Assembly (NCBI GenBank): GCA_963675495.1
Contig: OY776215.1
Span: 512,001 to 576,000 of the forward strand
DNA length: 64,000 nt
Direction of reading: 5' to 3'
Source: an uncultured Methanolobus sp.
GTDB lineage: Archaea > Halobacteriota > Methanosarcinia > Methanosarcinales > Methanosarcinaceae
The position numbers were made by a program, and so were the translations under genes. Numbering within the stretch: position 1 is the first letter of the stretch; the number at the start of each line of letters is the position of its first letter. This document shows, one piece after another, positions 58,036 to 64,000 of the stretch. The notes under the pieces were generated by a model that searched no databases, was not told the DNA's origin, and worked only from the letters and a program-made list of their open reading frames with translations.

Positions 58036-60390
58036 ATGCGAATCGGAGTATACATATGTCATTGCGGACTGAATATCGCGCACACCATAAACGTAGAGTC
58101 ACTCAGGGACAAGGTTAGTGAGCTTGATGGCGTTGAGGTGGCCAAGGACATACAGTTCATGTGTTCCGATTCGGGACAGGAATCTATAGTTCAGGACATA
58201 ACAGACCTTGATCTTAATCATATACTTGTGGCTGCCTGTTCTCCTCACCTGCACGAGCAGACATTCAAGAGAGTGCTTGAAAAGGCGGGTCTAAATCCCT
58301 TCATGCTGGAAATGGTCAACATCCGTGAACAATGCTCATGGGTGCATATGGAAAACCCGCAGATGGCAACCCAGAAAGCGTGCGACCTTATACGAATGGG
58401 TATAGCCAGGCTTAAACTGCTGGACCCATTGCAACTTAAGAAAGTGCCTGTAACAAAAGACGTACTTATTATTGGAGGCGGTGTTGCCGGAATAGAGGCT
58501 GCACTTACCCTTGCTAACTCCGGTTACCACGTCCATATGGTTGAGAAAGAGCCCACTATCGGTGGGAAGATGGCGCTGCTCAACGAAGTGTTCCCAACCA
58601 ATGACTGCTCAATCTGTGTGCTGGCCCCAAAGATGACAGACGTGAACCAGCACCCGAATATCGACCTTATAACGCTTGCAGAAGTTACCGGGGTCATGGG
58701 TCCTGTTGGAAATTTCCAGGTAACAGTAACAAAAAAGCCCAGATATATCATAGAAGACAGATGCAAGGGCTGCGTGGACGAATGTGGTCGTGTCTGCCCG
58801 GTGGAAATACCCAACAGGTTCGACAGTGGACTTGGAAAGACAAAAGCCATCAATATGCCGATCCCACAGGCAGTACCGCAAGTGGTCTATATCGACAACG
58901 AATTCTGCGTGGGCTGCGGACTGTGCAAACAGGCATGTCCGGCCGATGCGATCGATTACCATCAGAAAGAGGAAACTATTGAGTTCACAGTGGGTGCGAT
59001 CATCCTTGCAACAGGATACGATCATTTCGATGCATCCCGCAAGCAGGAGTACGGTTATGGCATCTATCCTGACGTTATTACGAACATGGAACTTGAGCGC
59101 CTGCTCAACGCTTCCGGCCCCACAAAAGGTAAAGTGCTCTCCCCGTCAACGTTGGAAATACCAAAGAAAGTTGCTTTCATACAATGTGTCGGTTCAAGGG
59201 ATGAAAAGGTCGGCAACCCCTATTGTTCAAGGGTCTGCTGCATGTCCAGCATGAAGAACGCACAGCTTCTCAAGGAACGCTATCCAGATATTGACATTAC
59301 CATTCATTACATAGACATCCGCGCATCCGGTGAGATGTACGAGGAATATTATACACGCACTCAGGAGATGGGCATCAATTTCGTTCGCGGTAAAGTGGGT
59401 GAGATCCTGCAGGACGGACTGGGAAAACTGAACCTGCGTTATGAAGATACTCTTAGTGGCGAGATTTACGAGGAATCCTCTGACCTTGTTGTCCTTGCAA
59501 CAGGCATGGAGAACGTCAAAGATGCTGACAGGATATCCAGGGTACTGAACCTTACAAGACGCAGCGACCGTTTCTTCTCCATAGCTCATCCAAAGATGCG
59601 ACCTGTTGACTCACATGTAAAAGGTATATACATCGCAGGCTGTGCGTCCGGTCCCAAGGAGATACAGGTATCCATAGCACAGGGAAGTGCTGCTGCTGCC
59701 AAGGCAATACAGCTTCTGGCAAAGGGCGAGATCGAAATGGACCCGCTCTGCGCTCATGTGAACCCGGATAAATGCATCGGCTGCGGTATATGTGTGGATG
59801 TATGCAAATTCAACAAGATCAGTCTTGTTGACCGCAAAGCAGTGGTGGACGAACTGTCGTGTATGGGTTGCGGTGCATGCAGTGCATCATGTCCGGCTGA
59901 TGCCATATGGATGCGCAATAGCACCGATGAGCAAATAATCGCCCAGATACACGCCGCCATCGAAGTCAAGTCAGAATTCCCCCTCATTATCGCATTCCTA
60001 TGCAACTGGTGTAGTTACACATGTGCAGACCTTGCCGGTACATCAAGGATACAATACCCCACTAACATCCGTGTCATTCGCGTCATGTGTGCCGGACGTG
60101 TGGACCCGTCATTTGTTCTTGAAGCACTTGAAAGCGGAGCAGACGGAGTGCTCGTTGCAGGATGCCGACTTGGGGAATGCCACTACACTTTCGCGAATTA
60201 TAATGCAAAAAACAGGATGGAAGCCCTGAAGGAAGTACTTGCAGATGTAGGCATAGACCCTGGACGCCTTAACGTGGAATGGATATCTGCCTCCGAAGGT
60301 GAGAGATTCGCCAGTTCTATTGAAGGATTTGTTGAATATCTTGAAAAGATAGGGCCTATAGGCTCTGAACTCACGGGGGCAAAACAGTGA
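58036..60390 (+). CDS. hdrA: Heterodisulfide reductase subunit A fused to MvhD
   Basis: GVYICHCG, NIREQCSWVH, GGGVAG, FPTNDCSIC, YCSRVCC; C-terminal MvhD FLCNWCSY...RVMCAGRVD...GCRLGECHY. Confidence 0.95.
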   Translation: MRIGVYICHCGLNIAHTINVESLRDKVSELDGVEVAKDIQFMCSDSGQESIVQDITDLDLNHILVAACSPHLHEQTFKRVLEKAGLNPFMLEMVNIREQCSWVHMENPQMATQKACDLIRMGIARLKLLDPLQLKKVPVTKDVLIIGGGVAGIEAALTLANSGYHVHMVEKEPTIGGKMALLNEVFPTNDCSICVLAPKMTDVNQHPNIDLITLAEVTGVMGPVGNFQVTVTKKPRYIIEDRCKGCVDECGRVCPVEIPNRFDSGLGKTKAINMPIPQAVPQVVYIDNEFCVGCGLCKQACPADAIDYHQKEETIEFTVGAIILATGYDHFDASRKQEYGYGIYPDVITNMELERLLNASGPTKGKVLSPSTLEIPKKVAFIQCVGSRDEKVGNPYCSRVCCMSSMKNAQLLKERYPDIDITIHYIDIRASGEMYEEYYTRTQEMGINFVRGKVGEILQDGLGKLNLRYEDTLSGEIYEESSDLVVLATGMENVKDADRISRVLNLTRRSDRFFSIAHPKMRPVDSHVKGIYIAGCASGPKEIQVSIAQGSAAAAKAIQLLAKGEIEMDPLCAHVNPDKCIGCGICVDVCKFNKISLVDRKAVVDELSCMGCGACSASCPADAIWMRNSTDEQIIAQIHAAIEVKSEFPLIIAFLCNWCSYTCADLAGTSRIQYPTNIRVIRVMCAGRVDPSFVLEALESGADGVLVAGCRLGECHYTFANYNAKNRMEALKEVLADVGIDPGRLNVEWISASEGERFASSIEGFVEYLEKIGPIGSELTGAKQ

Positions 60391-61718
60391 GCGAAGAATG
60401 CAGGGAAAGCTCGCTCTGTGTCGAGAAAGACATGGACATCGACGGTTCCCACTTCATCTATCGCCAGATAAGCAACCAATCTGTGAAATTCCTTGATTAC
60501 GATTACAAGAGATGTGTGGGCTGTGGTATTTGTGTTGGCCTCTGTCCCACAATGGCTCTGGAACTAGGACCCATGCAGGAGATATCCACAGGACTGGATG
60601 CTCCACCTGTAATGATGGACCTTGATAAGTGTACTTTCTGTTCCATGTGTGCCAACTTCTGCCCAGTCCACGCCTTTAAGATGAGCGAAGAAGGTGATTT
60701 CCCGGATAACGATGAATTCCCAACATACGATTCCTATGTAAGGATGAACGAGAAATGCCTGCCATGTGCGCTTTGTAAGGCTGCATGCCCCGAGGATGCC
60801 ATCGATGTAGAGTTCAGCTTCCTAAAAAAAGAGGACATCGCGCCCTTCAAAGAAGATGTTGAGGGCGAGATAGAGATAGATACTGATAAATGCAACTTCT
60901 GCGGCCTGTGTGCAGAGTTCTGTGAAGCATTTCTGCTTGTAGAAAAAGAAACTACTCCAACTGACCCGCAGCCTTTTGAACTGCTGCTGGTAGACGAGGA
61001 TAAATGCGACTACTGTGTGCTCTGCCAGGATCTGTGTCCTGAGGATGCCATAAAGGTCACTGGAGAAAAAAGAGGCAAAGCTCCTGAGATCGAAGGTATT
61101 GTCACTGTAGATGACGATAAATGTACCCGATGTACCTGGTGTCAGGTTGTCTGCCCCTACGAAGCGGTTGATCTTAGGAAGCAGTTTGAGGGCGAACTTG
61201 CACTTATAGAAGTAAATGTCGATAAATGTGACCCGCAGGGCTGCCACGGTTGTTTTAATGTGTGCCCTTCCCACCTCTGGTATGTACCTGAGGACGGAAC
61301 TAAGATCGCGATAAAGGAAGATTATTGCACCTACTGTGGTGCCTGTGTCAATGCATGCCCCAAGGATGTGATGAAAGTCACCCGTACGAAGGTTCACCAC
61401 ACGGAGATCCCTGAATCACCATGGGCAGAACAGTGGAGAAATGCAGTGGATTCCATGGTCACCGGAAAGAGAGAGCACCCGGATATTTCCAGGACCCTTG
61501 TTGTGGAGAAGGAAGAACAGAAGGAACATGTGGAAGTGGAACTGCCACAGATCGATGGCTCACTCCTCAAACTCGCAAAAGAACGTCTTGAGAAGGCAAA
61601 GCCCTTGCTTGACAATGTAAAAATAAGGAAGATGCTTGAGGATAGTCCTTCTGAAAAGCAGAAGGAAGAGTTCCGTAAAAGGATAGGAGCAGATGCAAGC
61701 AATAAGTCCAAACAATAA
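60387..61718 (+). CDS. Polyferredoxin (FwdF-like)
   Basis: About eight CxxCxxCxxxC(P) ferredoxin motifs; overlaps the hdrA stop by 4 nt. Confidence 0.9.
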   Translation: MSEECRESSLCVEKDMDIDGSHFIYRQISNQSVKFLDYDYKRCVGCGICVGLCPTMALELGPMQEISTGLDAPPVMMDLDKCTFCSMCANFCPVHAFKMSEEGDFPDNDEFPTYDSYVRMNEKCLPCALCKAACPEDAIDVEFSFLKKEDIAPFKEDVEGEIEIDTDKCNFCGLCAEFCEAFLLVEKETTPTDPQPFELLLVDEDKCDYCVLCQDLCPEDAIKVTGEKRGKAPEIEGIVTVDDDKCTRCTWCQVVCPYEAVDLRKQFEGELALIEVNVDKCDPQGCHGCFNVCPSHLWYVPEDGTKIAIKEDYCTYCGACVNACPKDVMKVTRTKVHHTEIPESPWAEQWRNAVDSMVTGKREHPDISRTLVVEKEEQKEHVEVELPQIDGSLLKLAKERLEKAKPLLDNVKIRKMLEDSPSEKQKEEFRKRIGADASNKSKQ

Positions 61719-61819
61719 CTATATACATGCGTGTGCGTTTTCTTGTGTAGATATCCACATGTTGATTACTAAATTACGATCAATCAATTACTATCAATTC
61801 AAATTATTCATTTATATCG

Positions 61820-63733
61820 GTGAGATTTTCCATGAGTGATAAATTCAACTATGCTGAACTGGGTTTGAAATGCGGTCTTGAGATTCACCAGCAACTTGAT
61901 TCAAAAGAGAAACTTTTCTGCAGGTGTCCTACACGAATAAGGAACATTGAAGAATCCAACCACGAATTCTTCCGCTATCTCCGACCCACAGCAAGTGAGA
62001 TGGGAGAAACTGACAGGGCTGCCCTGGAACAGTCCAAACTCAAACGTAAATACGTTTACAAGGCATACGATAGCACCTGCCTTGTGGAAAATGATGACGA
62101 GCCTCCCACTGAGTTAAACAAGGAATCCCTTGACATCGCTCTTAGCATCACAAAGCTCCTGAACATGGTACCTGTTGACCAGATACACATGATGCGCAAG
62201 ATAGTTGTCGATGGTTCCAACACATCCGGATTCCAGAGAACCGCTTTTCTTGCAAAGGACGGTCATCTTGACACTTCGGTCGGTCCTGTTGGTGTCGGTG
62301 TACTATGCCTTGAGGAAGAGGCATGCCAGAAGATAGAGGACAAGGGAGATTCTATAATATACTCACTTGACCGTCTGGGAATCCCGCTGGTCGAGATAGG
62401 CACAGACCCTGATATCATTTCCCCGGCACATGCAAAGGAAACCGCACAGCAGATAGGTATGCTGCTGCGTTCCACCGGAAAGGTTAAGCGTGGACTTGGA
62501 ACCATACGCCAGGACGTAAACATATCCATCGCAAGAGGTTCACGTATTGAACTGAAAGGTGTTCAGGCTCTGGATATGATAGAGACCATGGTCGAGCGTG
62601 AAGTTGAGCGCCAGGTAAATCTTCTTACAATGATGGATGAACTGCTTGAGCGCGGTGCATCCGTATGTGATACTATTTTTGATGTTACGGAACTCTTCAT
62701 GGAAACAAAGTCCAAGGTCATCAAAAAGACAATCAAGAAGGGGAAGGTATATGCCGTTCTTCTGCATGGATTTGACGGATTCGTGGGCAGGGAAGTTCAG
62801 CCCGGCAGGCGGCTTGGTACCGAGTTCTCAGACCGTGCAAAAACATCCGGTGTCGGTGGTATATTCCACACAGACGAGCTTCCAAGTTATGGGATAAGCG
62901 AAGAAGAGGTCCATGCACTGCGCACAGAAGTTGGTGCTGTTGAGAATGATGCTGTTGTAATGGTTGCAGACCGTGAGAAACGTGCGTGGGGTGCAATGGA
63001 AAGTGTGATCATCCGTGCAAAGGAAGCTCTTGAAGGTGTTCCTGAAGAAACACGCAGGGCACTCCCGGACGGTAATAGCTCATACCTCAGACCGCTCCCA
63101 GGTGCTGCAAGGATGTACCCTGAGACAGATGTCCCTCAGGTGAATATCTCCGGTGATTACTTCGATGCTATAGAAATACCAGAGCTGTTAACTGAAAGGG
63201 CAAAGCGTTTTGAATCGGACTTCGGGCTCCACAAAGAACTTGCCGAGAAGATAGCTTACTCCACATACCTCCCTCTTTTTGAAGAGATAATGCAGATGCT
63301 TGATGACAATGATAATGTCAACGCAACCCTTGTGGTTAGAACACTTACAGGAACACTGCAGGAACTGAAACGTGACGGTGTGGAGATCGATAAACTTGAG
63401 GACAGGAATCTCATAGATGTGTTCAGTTTCCTTGCCGAAGGTGGCGTAGCAAAAGAAGCGATCGATGGTCTGCTTCGTGCTATTGCTGGTGAACCGGGCC
63501 TGTGCGCAAAGGATGCGGCATCAAAGATGGGACTTGGAAACCTTGATATCTCTGAGGTCGAGAACATGGTCGATAAGATCATTGATAAACGCCAGGATTT
63601 CGTTAAGGAAAAGGGGCTTGGAGCTGTTGGTCCACTCATGGGTGTAGTAATGGCCGAAGTTCGCGGAAAGGTTGACGGAAAGGTTTTGAGCGAGATATTA
63701 AAACAAAAGATTAATAAATATATAGATACATAA
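61820..63733 (+). CDS. gatE: Glu-tRNA(Gln) amidotransferase subunit E
   Basis: [65 protein letters not shown]; real start probably the second Met. Confidence 0.96.
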   Translation: MRFSMSDKFNYAELGLKCGLEIHQQLDSKEKLFCRCPTRIRNIEESNHEFFRYLRPTASEMGETDRAALEQSKLKRKYVYKAYDSTCLVENDDEPPTELNKESLDIALSITKLLNMVPVDQIHMMRKIVVDGSNTSGFQRTAFLAKDGHLDTSVGPVGVGVLCLEEEACQKIEDKGDSIIYSLDRLGIPLVEIGTDPDIISPAHAKETAQQIGMLLRSTGKVKRGLGTIRQDVNISIARGSRIELKGVQALDMIETMVEREVERQVNLLTMMDELLERGASVCDTIFDVTELFMETKSKVIKKTIKKGKVYAVLLHGFDGFVGREVQPGRRLGTEFSDRAKTSGVGGIFHTDELPSYGISEEEVHALRTEVGAVENDAVVMVADREKRAWGAMESVIIRAKEALEGVPEETRRALPDGNSSYLRPLPGAARMYPETDVPQVNISGDYFDAIEIPELLTERAKRFESDFGLHKELAEKIAYSTYLPLFEEIMQMLDDNDNVNATLVVRTLTGTLQELKRDGVEIDKLEDRNLIDVFSFLAEGGVAKEAIDGLLRAIAGEPGLCAKDAASKMGLGNLDISEVENMVDKIIDKRQDFVKEKGLGAVGPLMGVVMAEVRGKVDGKVLSEILKQKINKYIDT

Positions 63734-63743
63734 TATATTTTTG

Positions 63744-64000
63744 ATGTGCTTGTCTTTTACTATCCGGTTTGGAAAAACTGTGAGCAGAGGTTTTCTCCTG
63801 CTTACTTTTCTGATTTTATTTGTATCATCTGTATCTGCTTCTGTGACAATAGAAAGCAATGAGAAACTAAGCAATATTACGAACGCCAACCATCCATCGT
63901 GGAGTCCGGATGGGGAAAAGATCGTATTTGCTGCCAACCAGGCAATATGGATCATGAACAGTGATGGTTCCGGGCAAAAAAAACTATATGACGGAATGGC
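63744..64000 (+). CDS. Secreted TolB/PD40-repeat protein (partial, runs off the window)
   Basis: Manual translation: signal peptide, then [33 protein letters not shown]. Confidence 0.75.
   Translation, partial: MCLSFTIRFGKTVSRGFLLLTFLILFVSSVSASVTIESNEKLSNITNANHPSWSPDGEKIVFAANQAIWIMNSDGSGQKKLYDGM

Overview
Chromosomal segment of a methanogenic archaeon, most likely Methanosarcinaceae (Methanolobus-like), judged from gatD/gatE, dapL, fwdGBD, an HdrA-MvhD fusion and PEF-CTERM/PGF-type surface proteins. Housekeeping genes include argH, dapL, aroC, tRNA-Glu, hppA, acnA, citrate synthase and hcp. The main signal is a ~20-kb phosphate island (6869-26685) between dapL and aroC. There, a PstS phosphate-binding protein with a type IV pilin-like (class III) N-terminus heads an apparent operon pstS-pstC-pstA-[type IV pilus assembly ATPase]-tadB-tadC. 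No pstB is present in the window. The island also encodes a second pilin, a degenerate KaiC/FlaH-like ATPase, two AbrB-PhoU regulators, PsiE, a PhnD-like/histidine-kinase pair and a second PstS, and several promoters share a CTATA-N4-5-TATAG motif. This looks like a phosphate-scavenging pilus or 'phosphate bindosome'. Also noted: an unannotated 54-aa ORF, a likely C-rich sRNA (~38075-38185) and a pilin-fused adhesin with 228-bp tandem repeats. All calls come from reading motifs by eye; no database searches were run.
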